Both the position numbers and the translations under genes were made by a program. Below, piece after piece: positions 14,071 to 26,848 of a stretch of DNA of 64,000 nt; position 1 is the stretch's first letter; each line of letters begins with the position of its first letter. This stretch comes from Lama glama (taxonomy: Eukaryota). The stretch spans positions 99,388,001 through 99,452,000 of the forward strand of contig CM052817.1 of assembly GCA_028534125.1 (NCBI GenBank), in the 5' to 3' direction. The notes below the pieces were generated by a model that made no database searches, had not been told where the DNA came from, and saw only the letters and a program-made list of their open reading frames with translations.

Positions 14071-15535
14071 CTACAAAGCTTTTGTTTGACTGTTATAACT
14101 TACATATACATTTATGTTTATACATCATATATACACATATACTCTTTTGTATGTATAAGATATTCCATAAAACATGAAAAACATCAGAGTCACATTTATG
14201 TAATAACACTACTGAGACCTTCAAGAGGCTGATTTAAAGTGAAGCTACATTAAGAAAAAAAATTAAAGAATACATATTCACTGTATATATATGTTCTCTC
14301 TCACTGAAAAATGAGTAGAAAATGTGAAAGCTTTGTAAAAATAATTTATCCGTGAATACTTTAGTTTCCCTTTAAAAGCTATATTTAAGGGGGAAAAAAA
14401 TGAGTCACTGATTATATTTAAAATATCTATTCTCTGAAAGTTCCAAAAGCTGCATAGCTGAACTGCCCCACTTTCAATATACATACAAGTAAATGGAATG
14501 GGCATATTATAATCTCAAAGAATTATAAATACTAAAAGTATAACATGAATGAAAAAAGGTTAATCTCATGAAAATACTTTTTTTTTAATGTTTGAGACAA
14601 ATGATAAGCTCAAAGCCAAAAGAGGAAAGTTATTCTGAAAAGCTTCAAATCCAAAATAGTTACTGAGGAAAAATTATAAAGAAAAGATAATACGAGCAAT
14701 AAAACTTTCCAAACAAAACAGTATATTGTGTGTGAAGCATTCAAATATCACAAATGTCCTTTTAAAACACTTTTTTTTCCTTTTGTAAGTATTGCCTGGC
14801 TACATAGGGGCCATAATCAAGTAAGAGATTATGAAAACAAAAGTAAAAAAATGAATAAAAGGTAAGGTCAGAAAAAGAACAGGCTGAAATATCTTCAAAA
14901 AATGTTTGCTTTTAACTGGCAGACCAATGTAATCATGAGGTGAAAAAGCCTTCATAAACAACACATATACATTATATAACGTAATCCTGTAACATTCTGA
15001 AACATCACTGCCATACATAACTGTCTTATGTATAAACTGGTTAACAGCTTATAAGAATGCCGAGACTGATACAATATGGAAACTCACAGGTTAGGAAAAC
15101 TTGCCTTAGAAAGTTCTCAAGAGTTACTCTCATTTTATACATCACATGCTAAAGAAACAGGAATTGGGAAACGTAAGGCTAAAGAAAGATGTTCAGAAAG
15201 TAAAAGGCAAAGTATTACAGAAAAATTTCTATTTCAGAATGCAGAGATAAAATTCATAAGACAACACAGCCTATGTTGAAAAGAATTGGGTTCTTATTCC
15301 ATTTCTGCCCCAAGGAGTGAATGAAAAGCTTTCTTAACTTCTTTGAGCCTTTATTTCTTCACCTCTAAAACAGTCAGGAAAAAGCAACATGCACAACTGC
15401 CGTGAGGATTAAGTTAGGTTGTGCAGAGAATTTTCTACCTAACACAGAACCTGTCAGGAGTGTTTACAGGGCTGTATTTTCGGGAAGCAAAGGAAAGAAG
15501 AACTCCAAGTGATTTCCTCATTAAGATTTACTTAC

Positions 15536-15631
15536 TGCAGCACTCTTTCCTGGAAAGTTGAAAAAGGCATCGGGGCCATACTTTTGAGGCATATGTTTTA
15601 ACACAGACAGCAACTTCCCAGCATGTGGAGG
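15536..15631 (-). CDS. LRBA: LRBA coding exon (exon 5 equivalent), 96 bp; absent from the ORF track
   Basis: Manual translation gives PPHAGKLLSVLKHMPQKYGPDAFFNFPGKSAA. Acceptor tttgtag|CCT, donor GCA|gtaagt. Confidence 0.97.
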
Positions 15632-16019
15632 CTACAAATATAATCAATAATTCATTAACCACACTATTCACCATAGAACAAAAATACCTACTTTTAATAC
15701 AGCCACAATTTAATATACCCCAAAATAACTAAATAATTCTATAAGCTAAAAAGCATTCAAAATAACCAAAGAAAGGTTATTTTTAACTATCTTCAAGAAA
15801 TAAACAATACTGTCTATACCACTTTTTTGCACAAGGCGTTGGGTAAATATGAGCCAGTATCATTTGACACTTGGAACTCTTCTCCACTCTACACCAAAAA
15901 TGACATTTTAAAATTACAAACTACATTAACTCACCATCCATACCTCTTTAAACCACTTCTTAATTTCACAAAAAAAAAAAATTACCAGGCCCCATAGTTA
16001 AAGGCACTTTAAAAATAAA

Positions 16020-16620
16020 ATATGTTAGCCTCATAACCACAGTAGGGGTTATTACTATCCCATTCTACAGAGGATGAATCTGCGGCAGAGGAATATGTCC
16101 AAGTTTACACAGGTAGTAAGTGACAGGATGGATCAGAATTCAGTGTGACTCTAAAGTCCATGCAGCTAATCACTACACTTTCACCTTTATGTTCTACTAT
16201 CTCTCCTGTAGCTTCCCACTGCCTTTAAATAAAGACCAAAATCCTTAACATGGCCCACAAGATACTTTTTTTTTTTTAACCTCCTCAGCCTCTTTTTGCA
16301 TCTCATCTCCCCTTCTCTCTGCACTCCATCTACAATATCTTCTCTGTCTTCCTCCCATAATAGGGCCTGAGCACAAGCTAATCCTTGTGCTTAAAATATT
16401 TTCACTGGGCCGATTCCCCACTCCCCCTCCTTAACTAAATAAATCTTACCCATCATTCAGAGCTCATCTTAGTGGTCACTTCTCAGGGCAGTCTTCCCTG
16501 ACCTCTGAGGCTGGATCAAAGCTTCCTATCATATTTCATTCTACAATATACCTCTACTATATAGCATGTATAAAAGTTGTAACATTACGTTTACTTGATT
16601 AATGTCTCTTTGACCCACAA
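16020..16620. mobile_element. MIR followed by an L2 fragment
   Basis: tatcccattctacagaggatgaa...aagtttacacag (MIR), then a pyrimidine-rich L2 3'-like segment with cacttctcagggcagtcttccctgacc. Confidence 0.55.
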
Positions 16621-17099
16621 GTCTCCTCTAATACATTAAACAACCAATAGCTAAAACAAAAAGGCACATTTATATTTACAAGGAAAAGCAAAGGACAATC
16701 AGATGTACGTTATGATTTTAATCAGATTACAAGCAAATAAGTGTAGTACATTTCTCTTAAAAGTTCAAAGTTCTAAACAGTGTCAAACTTAAGTGAAATC
16801 ATTGGCTTGCCTTCATCTTATTTGGTAGCTACTCTAAATTTCCATTACTATCTAAAACAGTTCAGCAATCTTTTACCTAAATGTTAAGTGGAAACGTTGA
16901 TCTTAAGTATTCAAGAAATTTTCAGTTAACCACACTGCTCAATTATAAAAGTATAGGAACAAGTTACTACAATCACACTTTTTTAAAAAAAATTCTAACG
17001 TGAAATTACCAAAAGTAACGGCAGTCAAAAATTAAAACATAGTATTATAGCATTTCCATCTAGAGAAATCATTCCTCAAAATTTCCTCTTCATACACCA

Positions 17100-19650
17100 A
17101 TCAAAATAAAAATGCATTAGGATAAGCACTTTCTTCCACAGACACTGCTGAGAGATTGTACACTAGGAAAACAGAAAATAACTTAGTCATATTTCAAGAG
17201 TCTTTAAAAATGTTTATGCCCATTGATACACTATTTCCATATGTGAAAATCTGTTCTAAAGTAATAATCAGAAAGGGAGATACAGATACAGATACAAGGA
17301 TTTTTCACTGCACTGACATGATAGCAAAAGCTACATAAATATAATGTCTGAGCAAGGCCTTGCTCTTTTTTTTTTTTAAACTAACAATGGTTCATTAATT
17401 TTTTTCTCCTTTATCCACTACACCTATTCTCTTCCTACTCCCAATCCCATAAGCAATTATGTTAACATGATTCATCTTTTTTGTAAGTATTCCTTCAAAA
17501 ATGTGTTTCTGTATGATTTTACTTACAATTTAAATGATGTTGGGTTAGATATATCATTCTCTTTCTTACTTTCTTCCTGCTTTTTGGTATCTATTCATAT
17601 CACTCTATGCACTGATTCTAACTGCTATGTCGTAATCTACTCCATGCATCCAATACATTTTACCTGTTTACTCTAATAGACACACATGTTGACAATTCAC
17701 TGCCATCAAAAATAATGCTTCAGTGAACATTCTCATGAATGTTTCCTTACAGAACTATGTGACAATTTCTTGGAACATGCACTCTCCTTAACTCCTAAGT
17801 CACTGGATATGGGTATAATTTAAGTGACTAAGCAGTGCTAGATTGGCCTTGAGTTTGGATCCACTGGTGTTCATTCCAACCAATAGTACACAGGTTTAAA
17901 ATAACTCTAATCCCCCCAATTATACTTGCTATTATCCAACTTTATAATTCTTGATACTAATAGATATAAGGTGACATATCAATATTGTTTTAATTTAAAC
18001 ATCTCTAGTTATTAGTGATTTAGCATTTATTTGATTATGGGGTTTCTATCCCTGTAAATAAATATTTGTTCATATCCTTTGCTAGTTTCTTCTAGTTTTC
18101 TATATTCACCAATGTAACAAAAAAAGTTTTAATTACATATTCAGAATAAATACATTATTTGAATATAAATCAAACCCAAAATCAAACCAGTATATGTCTT
18201 CTAGACATGACACAGTAACAAGAACTACACTTACCAATTCACCATAAACAACTAGAAAACTGAACAAAATGTATGAAAGAAAACTGTTTTCAGGCATAGA
18301 AAAGAGGCAGGTAAAGACTGTGAGCCTTGAGAAGAGGAAACAAAATGAGCCATCAGAGGACCCTGACTTTCCACCTGGAGTCAATTTCCATATCACATTT
18401 CACTGCACAGGGAGAGGGAAACCAAAGAGAACCTGTAAGTCTCACTGAGTTGATGAGGTAGGAATTGGAAAAAGGATAGTGTGAGGTGGATAGAACCTTC
18501 AGGGTACAGTACTACAGAGGAAGGGCCTATGCAGAGAATAAGCTCCAGAAATCTGCCCTCACTGTTTGACATTAATACCAAACTGTTCATTTCTACCGTA
18601 AACTCAACAAGATTTTGAAAGCTGTAAGTCAAAGAATCCCCAGAGCTGGTAGGGAGCCAAAAATTGTTGAGACTCTAGTAGGTATTATGGAGATAGTCTT
18701 GCACGACCTGTTGCCTCATGTCTGAGAATCAGGGTCATTTATAGGTAACCTAGAAAAGTCAGGCCTGAATAACAAGGCTGACCTAGCCCTAGAGTAACAG
18801 CCAATCTGGATCTAACCAAAAAGACCTTTAAAACTAGCCTGAAAAAATAAAGTTAATCCACAAGTAACTTATTTGCCTCCAAAAACAGTCTAACAATCTT
18901 AAATGGAATACGACAAAATCTAGCACTGAACAAGGAATAAACTCACTTTGTCTAACATCACCATGTGTAAAATCACTAGCATAAAGGTGGGTGATAGATC
19001 AGTGGTACAGTGTGTGCTTAGCATGCATGAAATCCTGGGTTCAATCACAAGTACCTCCATTAAAAAAAAAAAAAAGGAAAATATGACTTATAAGTAAAAG
19101 GAGAATGAGTGAGCAAAAAACTGATCTAGAACATGACAGATTTGACAGAATTAGAAGACAAGAACATTAAAGCAACTATGAATATGCTACATATTCCCAA
19201 GGATTTAAAGGAAAACACAAATGAGGGGGAAAATGGAAGATATTAAAAAGAGCCAAATGGAATTTAGAGATAAAAAAATTTTTGAAAATTTTAATGAATA
19301 TTAACACACTGCAAAAGAAAAGACCAATTACCTTAAAAACAGCAATCAAAGCAATCTAAAACGAAGCACAAAGAGAAACAACTAAAAAACAAAAGTTAAC
19401 AGTTCTGAGGGACCTGAGGGACACTACCAAGACTAACACACGTGTAACTGGAGTCCCAGAAGGAGGGGAAGAGGGACAAGAATATATTTGAAAAAATAAC
19501 GACCAAAATGTTTCTAAATTTGATGAGAACTATATTATAAATCCACATGTGCAAGAACTCTAATAAAGATAAATACAAGGTAAACCACAGCAAAAAAACA
19601 TAATAAAATCACTGAAAATCAGTGGGGAAAATCTTAAAAGCAGCCAGAGA
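17100..19650. mobile_element. Cluster of old L1M fragments in both orientations
   Basis: 17350-18110 is an antisense L1 3' region. 18200-19650 is L1 5'/ORF1-like on the plus strand (ggagtcccagaagga, aaaatcttaaaagcagccagaga). Confidence 0.7.
18986..19075 (+). mobile_element. Vic-1-like SINE, short form
   Basis: tagatcagtggtacagtgtgtgcttagcatgcatgaaatcctgggttcaatc followed by poly(A). Confidence 0.8.
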
Positions 19651-20379
19651 GCTAGAGTTTGATACAAAGATGCTACAGAGTCTAAACGCTTTAACACAAT
19701 AAATTCGAGTGTGCAATTACAGAGCACAAATGTAGATATACCTAAAACAGAACTAGATTAAGGATCAGCTGGCTAAGTAGTTGCTACAGCAGTGATTTCT
19801 AAAGAGCTCTAAATAAGCCTAGAAATGCAACAAAAATGGAGAAAAATTTACTAGTATTCCTCTAAGGAATAAGTAATTAAAGGGTAGGAAGAAACAGTTT
19901 GATAAGGTACCTGGAGTTCAACCTCAGTTGACCAGCAGCATCCATTGCAAAGGACCACAAAACTGCGTCTAAGGAGGGTGCATCCAATTAACTGCAGAGC
20001 TTTTGTTCACTGAGTGGGTTATTCAAGTTTAAGGGCCACAGCAAAACTACTTAGACTGATACAGAAGCTAGGTGCTGCTACCCAACATTTTTATTTCTCT
20101 GTCCTCATCCTTTTCCCCCCAAAATGTTGAATGTATATTTAAAACATAACCATTTGAAGGAGGACCAAATTATCCACCTGCCTGGAACACCAAGCTCTCC
20201 TGGTCCACAGTTGTGTCAAGTCGTAACAAAAGCAGCTGTATACGTCTAAATATGATTCTAATTGATCTCTTTCCCTCAATTTGACATTTATCCCCTCTGC
20301 AAGAATACCAACTGCTTAAAAGCCACTGATATGTTGGGGGGGGGGGTTCTTTCAAATACCAAAGAGTATTTAAGTTTAC

Positions 20380-20480
20380 CCATTGTCCTTTATCTCCTTG
20401 AAGTTTACTGAAGAACAGCTTTAGTTCTCGAACTGTCAAATTGTAGCTAGCCAGCACTCCCAACATGTCAACTAAAAGAT
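20380..20480 (-). CDS. LRBA: LRBA coding exon (exon 4 equivalent), 101 bp
   Basis: Encodes (D)LLVDMLGVLASYNLTVRELKLFFSKLQGDKGQW. Acceptor tttccag|AT, donor TGG|gtaaac. Confidence 0.97.
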
Positions 20481-20707
20481 CTGGAAACAGAGAAAACAAT
20501 ATAAAAATTAAGCTACTTGTATTTCTTGAAAAATTAAAATATACTGATACACTGTGGTTACTTAAGAGTTTGGACACTAAAGTTCCAGGTACATGTTAAA
20601 TGCTCAAATACTTCTTAAATAAATATTATTTTATAAAATAAGAAAAATAGAGTACTTAAGAATCAAAGTTCATTTCTTCACATCCATCATAGTATAGAAA
20701 GTCATAC

Positions 20708-20939
20708 CTGCTATCATATTGTCAACTTTTTCAATTTTCCCAAGCACTTTTTCAACAAGGCCTACTTCAGTGCAGACTTGAAGATTTCGTATACTTTTCT
20801 TCAGAATGGCTGTAAACATGCTCCAGACTTCTGCTTGGCAAGTAACGTCACATTTTTCAAGGAGGTCCACCATGCAGATGATACTCTCACCTTCTTGAAT
20901 AATGAAATTCATTTCTAAATCAAACTGTCCTCCTACCAG
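20708..20939 (-). CDS. LRBA: LRBA internal coding exon (human exon 3 equivalent), 232 bp
   Basis: Encodes LVGGQFDLEMNFIIQEGES...KIEKVDNMIA. Acceptor ...ccttggaag|CTG, donor CAG|gtatga. Phase is compatible with the next exon. Confidence 0.97.
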
Positions 20940-21737
20940 CTTCCAAGGAGGGGGGAAAAGAAACATTAAAAGTATTAGTACATATTCAGTATAACTAGAG
21001 TATACTGCTAAGCTTCAGATTGGCAGTAACCACCCATATACATTCTTCTCTACCCCTACAACAATAAAAAGATCTTACACACGTACACACACACACACAC
21101 ACAGCTCTAAAAAATAAAGCTTCTAAAGAAATATTCAAGTTAAGATAGCACAAAGTCAGGCAAGACTTAGAATATAAAAATGGAGATATTTTTCAACAAA
21201 AACAAATACAGGATGTCATAGGAAAATCACTATCTACTGCCCTGATACTAATAAAGATCTAATTTAGCTCCATAATTGCTTCTAATTCAGTATTTTGTCT
21301 ATGAATTAGGAAGTCTGTGAGCTACTCACAGCAACCTAAAGGTCCTTTGCACACTCTACAAGGTATGGGCTCACAGCAAGAACGAAAAGCTGAAAAAGGC
21401 TCAGAGTAAACATAAAACTGACAGTTTTTATTTGTCAAGTTCTTGGTTTATTGCACCTATCCATTTTGATCCCCTTGGTCAATAATCAGCATACCTTAAA
21501 TCTAACTTAAACTTAGTCACACACTCAAAGTCAGGAACCAAGAAAACTTATTTCACTGATACTATCAGAAAATCCATCCAGAGAAAGCTATACTGACCTG
21601 TTCCTATCTTGCCAACTCACACACAGCTTCCCACAGAGGGCAAGTGCTATTAATTTTAACAAACTCCAATGGTTTAAAGTAAAACACTTTTAGAATTGCC
21701 TTTGCAGGTCTATCTTTTTGAACTGATATTTTTAAAG

Positions 21738-21855
21738 GCAGACAATTTTATTTACTAGTTTTATTTATTTATTTTATTTTTAGATGAGGTACTGGGGACT
21801 GAACCGAGGACTTCGTGCATGCTAAGCAGGTGCTCTTGAGCTATAACCTCCCTCC
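21738..21855 (-). mobile_element. Vic-1-like SINE
   Basis: Reverse complement reads gttatagctcaag...gcttagcatgcacgaagtcctcggttcagtccccagtacctc plus an A-rich tail. Imperfect direct repeats at 21720-21737 and 21856-21874. Confidence 0.85.
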
Positions 21856-22509
21856 GAATTGATTTTTTTTAAAGATCTCTGTCAGAAAGTTACATGCATG
21901 ATTCACCTACCCTCCTGTCCTTCTGAATATGTCTTTGTTCAGTATGCTTTCTTAAACCCAAAAGGTAGGCCAGAATTGGAAAAAATGAACTTTACAAACA
22001 AAATCCAACAGCTCATAACATAACAGACATGAACAAATAGAGTTTACTCTAGAAAAAGCAAAGACAGTTCAGAATTAGGAAACCAATTAAAAGTCCTTGC
22101 AGCCAGGGATCAATATGCACCCCAGGTTCTGTTAAAGACACACATTGGCATGCAAAAGAAGGAGTGGAAAAATGAACAAGAGGAGTAGCAGTATCTGCAT
22201 GCAGGGAGCTAAGAACACCTGGCAAGCACAGTGGTAAAGGCTTTTGGTTCTTCTAGGAAAGCTTTGGCAGAGATTTTAGTGTACAACTCTTTGCATCATC
22301 AGTAACACGCAGCACAGGGAGCTGACAGCTGGTTTCTGCTAAAAGAGTCCCTTGGCGTGACCAGGCCAATCCTCCTGGCTACACGGTCCTGGCTGTGAAG
22401 TATGTGTGCCTGGTTCCCGAAGCACACCTCAAAATTCTATAAACTATGTAAGAATTCTAGAAACTTGTTTTTTTGCTTTTGTGGCCATTTGTGACTACTA
22501 TTCGCTTGT

Positions 22510-23030
22510 TTTGTCTTTAACTTTTTATTCTGAAATAATTCCAGGCATTTTAAAAAATGCAAAATAGTACAGAGTTCCTGTGTACCTTTACTCAGCCTTC
22601 CCTAATATGAGTATATTACATACTCACAGTACAATCATTAAAACCAGGTACAAATACTACAGATCTTACTCAAATATTGCCATTTATCATACTAATGCCA
22701 TTTTTCAGATCCAGGATCAACATCCCCTTAGTGTCTTCTCCAAACTGAGACAGTCGCACACGCATTCTTTGACTTTCATGATTTGGACATTTTTTGAAGT
22801 GTATTTGCCAGTTATTTTACAGACTGTCTTCCAATCTGAATGTATATGTCTAAATTCAAATTAAGCAAAAGTATCACACAAGTGATGTGTGCCCTTCTCA
22901 GGGTATTTCTGATGGTAACTGATGCCAGTTATGTCTCACTACTGATAAAGCTAGTAGCTTTGATCACATGCTTAAGGAGGCATCTGTCATATTTTTTCCA
23001 TTTTAAAGATACTGTCTTTCATTTTTAAAT
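22510..23030 (-). mobile_element. L1MC-like 3'UTR fragment
   Basis: aatagtacagagttcctgtgtacctttactcagccttccc and gatccaggatcaa are antisense L1MC 3' motifs. Confidence 0.7.
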
Positions 23031-25169
23031 TGTTAATTATTAAGCCACATTTAGTCAAAAGGCAGCAACATGTATAAATATCAGGAGAGAGGACTTACAC
23101 TCCAATTATTTTCAGATGATATGATATGTATCTGGAAAACTGAAAAATTACTATAAATGAGAAAAGTATTTGGTAATGGAACTACTGATTAGTTAACAAC
23201 ATGAATCAATATCAAAAGAATTATGCTAAATAGAAGCCAGACACAAATGGCTACCTTAACGACCACTAAAAATGTATTCCACAGACACATTTTGGTAATG
23301 ATGCTACATACAAGAACTGCACTTTAGCATTTCTATTGGAACGCAGAAAAAACAATACCCCCCTAAAAAAGCTATAATCTAAAGTCAGTAAAGTTATTTA
23401 ATTCTATAATAGAATACGACACATTGAAAAGAATGAGGCAACCCCATCTGACATAAAAAAAGATCTCTGAAATATATTGTTTAAGTGAGAAAAATCGAAG
23501 TGGAAAAAAGCATGAACAGTAGGTTACAATTTGAGTGTAAAACATATACATATAGATATATATCTAAGAATGCTACACCAGAAACTAAATTGTGATTACC
23601 TCTGAAAAGGCAACTGAGCATCTGGGGAAAGAGGACAAGGGCAGGGTTTTTAGTATATATACACTTTGGGGCATCCTTCACACAGATCAAAATAGGTCAA
23701 AGACCTAGTTGCAACTAACTTAAGAGACCTTACCTTCACCTTAATACCACTTACATCAATCTTTCATTTTGATCTGTGTTTATTACCATCAGTAACCACC
23801 CTCCCAAGAAGCTATAGAATTAATTTTTCAAAGTAATTTCCAAAAAACCTCCAAATATTTCACCAGCTTTTAAATTGAGTTTATACTGTGAGAGCAGTAT
23901 CCAGACAGGTGTTTTAAATATTTCTCCATTGCTTTAAATATCATAAAATATGGCTTTCAAGGAGAAAATTGATGGCAGAAATTGGTACATACAAATATGT
24001 GGCATATTTGATATACTATATGTATGCATATCTATTATACCTAAAAAGCATGCACAGGGTCTACAGTATGTCATGTTAACCCTTTCTAATAGTTATTTGA
24101 ATTTGATCAACCTTCAAAACACAAATTTGTTTCCAATGACAGGGATCATAATCCAGGTCCAGGCATTGGCTAGTTATTATCTGAGCTGTAGTAATGGCTG
24201 TGCACTACAAAATGTAATCTTCCCGAATGTCACAGTAAGTTATGAATATCTGAGCAGCCTAATGCACCTTACTAGCCATGAAATGTGAAAATGTAATCTT
24301 ATTACCTTTTTTTATGGTTGTATTTTTTTTGAATAATGTAGCCTGGAAACTGATGTATAGTCTCTTTCTGCATTTTAGCATGATTTGGTCTCCTTTGCGA
24401 TATAGAACATTTTTCAAAACTCTCCACTTCAACATATTTTAGTCTTGGCCTGAACTTCATAAACAATTTTTATAGCCACCTTCAGGGTGGCATAACATGC
24501 TTTCTATAGGTTATAGTTTAATGTACAAGATTATAGAAATTTTAAAGCCTATTACTCAAAGAATCTAAATAAACCTTCAGAAGTTTTGTATAGGGACTGT
24601 AATTGGGCACAATGAGCATTTTCTTCACAATGATTATATTAATAAAAGGCTTTAAGCTGAAATTAGCCACTAAGCCTAAGCCACCAGTATTTTCAAAAAG
24701 CCAAAAAACAAATTCAGATCAGAAATAATTATCTTCTCTTCAAAAGGTTTATAAAACTGGAAAGACTCCTATACACAGAAAATTCTAATACTTCAAAGGA
24801 AAGCTATGTTTTCCCTGGAAACTTGCTAAATTCTTCCTCAGAGATGTAGCAGGAGCACTGGACAGAGCATAATCACAGCTTACGCCTCTAACTAGGTAGT
24901 TTCTGCTTCTTGTGACAAATCAGCTTTTTTTCTTTGGACCTGTCTATTCATTTATAAAATGAACTAAATAGTTAGCTTTATTTATTTACATTCTTCAAAA
25001 ATGTATTGACTTTTTTAAAATTCCAATCTCAAGGAATCCAATTTATCCCTAAGAACCCATTCTTGCATGAATGTGACCCTATACCTGTTTACAGTCACTT
25101 GAAACTTATTAATAGGGAGAAACTGAAGAAAAATTACATTCTGACACAAACTGCAATGTGTCTCAATTT

Positions 25170-26130
25170 ACATTTTCTTCTCCTTCCATAGTAACAGTAC
25201 TAGTTTGGTACCTGGGGCCCAGGCGAAGTATCTCACTTCCCAGCTTTCCTGACGTTACAGCCATGTGACCACGTTCTGACCAAGGACAGGTAGTAATATA
25301 TACAACCCTGCATATTACTCTTAAAAGGAGCTAACTTTTTTAAATTGAAGTATAGCTGGTTTACAATGTTGTATTAGTTTTGGGTGTATAGCAAAATGAT
25401 TTAATTATACATATATACATTCTTTTCCATTATAGGTTATTACAAGACATTGAATATAGTTCCCTGTGCTATACAGCAGGTCCTTGTTGTTTATCTATTT
25501 TATATATAGTAATACGTATATGTTAATCCCAAACTCCCAATTTATCCCTTCCCTCAACCCCTTTCCCCTTTGGTAACCAAAGTTTGTTTGTTAAGTCTAT
25601 GAGTCCTATTTCTGGTTTGAAAGTAAGTTCATTTGGGTCTTTTTTTTTTTTTTTAGATTTCACATATAAGAGATATATGCTATCTGTCTTTCTCTGCCTG
25701 ACTTACTTTACTTAATATGATCATCTCTAGGTCTATCCATGTTGCTACAAATGGCATTATTTCATCCTTTTATATGGCTGAGTAATATTCCATTGTGTGT
25801 GTGTACACTAATATATATATTAATACACACACATCTTAAAAGGAAAAAACAATTTCTCTTTACAACTTTCCTCCTTCCTGTTACATAGATACTGAAATGA
25901 TGGCAAGAGCTAGGGTAGTCACCTTGGAATGTCTGCTGAAAGTCTTATGTTGAGGGTAACAAAGCAAAAAAAATGGCCCTGACTATTATAGAACTGCCTC
26001 AATAGCCCTAGACCATTTAACTACCCAAATTTTCACCTGAAGGACAAATACACTTCTACCTCATTTAAGCCACTGTTTTGGGGGGCATCTCTGTCATATC
26101 AGCCTAAAACCTATATTCTGACTAATATAT
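25170..26130. mobile_element. MaLR (MLT1-like) LTR interrupted by a younger L1 3' end
   Basis: cacttcccagc...ccatgtgacc on the left and tttaagccactgttttggggg...cagcc on the right. Confidence 0.6.
25335..25833 (-). mobile_element. 5'-truncated artiodactyl-type L1 3' end
   Basis: aattgaagtatagctggtttacaatgttg and atagttccctgtgctatacag. Direct repeat tcttaaaagga at 25319-25329 and 25834-25844. Confidence 0.85.
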
Positions 26131-26392
26131 ATGCTATTGCTATTAGCTGCACTTTCTCAGAAATTGACAAAACATATATTTATCACCATCTCGTATGACA
26201 TATCCCCATCCCCACCTCTTACACTATAGCAGGTGTTAACTGACTAAGTGTATTTCGACCTACATTTAAGAGATGGTAGTATGCCCTGATAAGTTTAGAA
26301 ACAGAAACTACACAGCAGCCTAACCTCTCTGATTGCATTCTTACTAGAAAGCTTAACACTTGCTCTGCACTGCCAGTATGCCAGATGCCCCT

Positions 26393-26848
26393 TGTTATAG
26401 GCTGAACTGCATCTCTTCCCAAAATTCTTACGTTTAAGTCCTAACCCCCAGTGCCTCAGAATGTGAGCTTATCTGGAAACAAGGTTGTTTCAGATGTAAT
26501 TAGCTAAGATGAGGTCATTAGGGTGGGCCCTAATCCAATATGACTGGTGTCCCAAAAAAAGGGAAAATCTGGACAGAGACACGCACATAGAGAGAACACC
26601 ATATGGAGATGAAGAGAGAGATTGGGGTGATGCTTCCAAAACCTAAGGAATACCAAAGAATGCCAGAAAACCACCAGAACAAGGAAAGAGGCATGAAAAT
26701 ATTCTCTCTCACAGTGCTCAGAAAGAATCAATCCTGCCCAAATGTTTATCTTGGACTTCCAGCCAAGAGAACTTAAAGGCAATAAATTTGTTGTCTAAGC
26801 TATTCAATTTTGGGTACTGTGTTACAGCAGTACAAGCAAACTGATGCA
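26393..26848 (+). mobile_element. Solo MaLR LTR (MLT1B/C-like)
   Basis: TG...CA termini. Contains gtcctaacccccagtgcctcagaatgtg, gggccctaatccaatatgactggtgtcc and aataaatttgttgtctaagc. Confidence 0.85.

Noticed and set aside
8998..20939. Assignment to the paralog NBEA (neurobeachin)
   Set aside because: Diagnostic residues ([35 protein letters not shown]) fit LRBA as I recall it. NBEA has GGEFD, QDAES, PRHAVKLL and GDMAWHVN.
20170..20966. ORF-track ORFs overlapping LRBA exons treated as standalone genes
   Set aside because: They are exons with in-frame intronic extensions; splice sites define the real coding limits.
25794..25833. Hairpin (TG)n...(CA)n as a structured RNA
   Set aside because: Low-complexity microsatellite symmetry at an L1 truncation point, with no other support.
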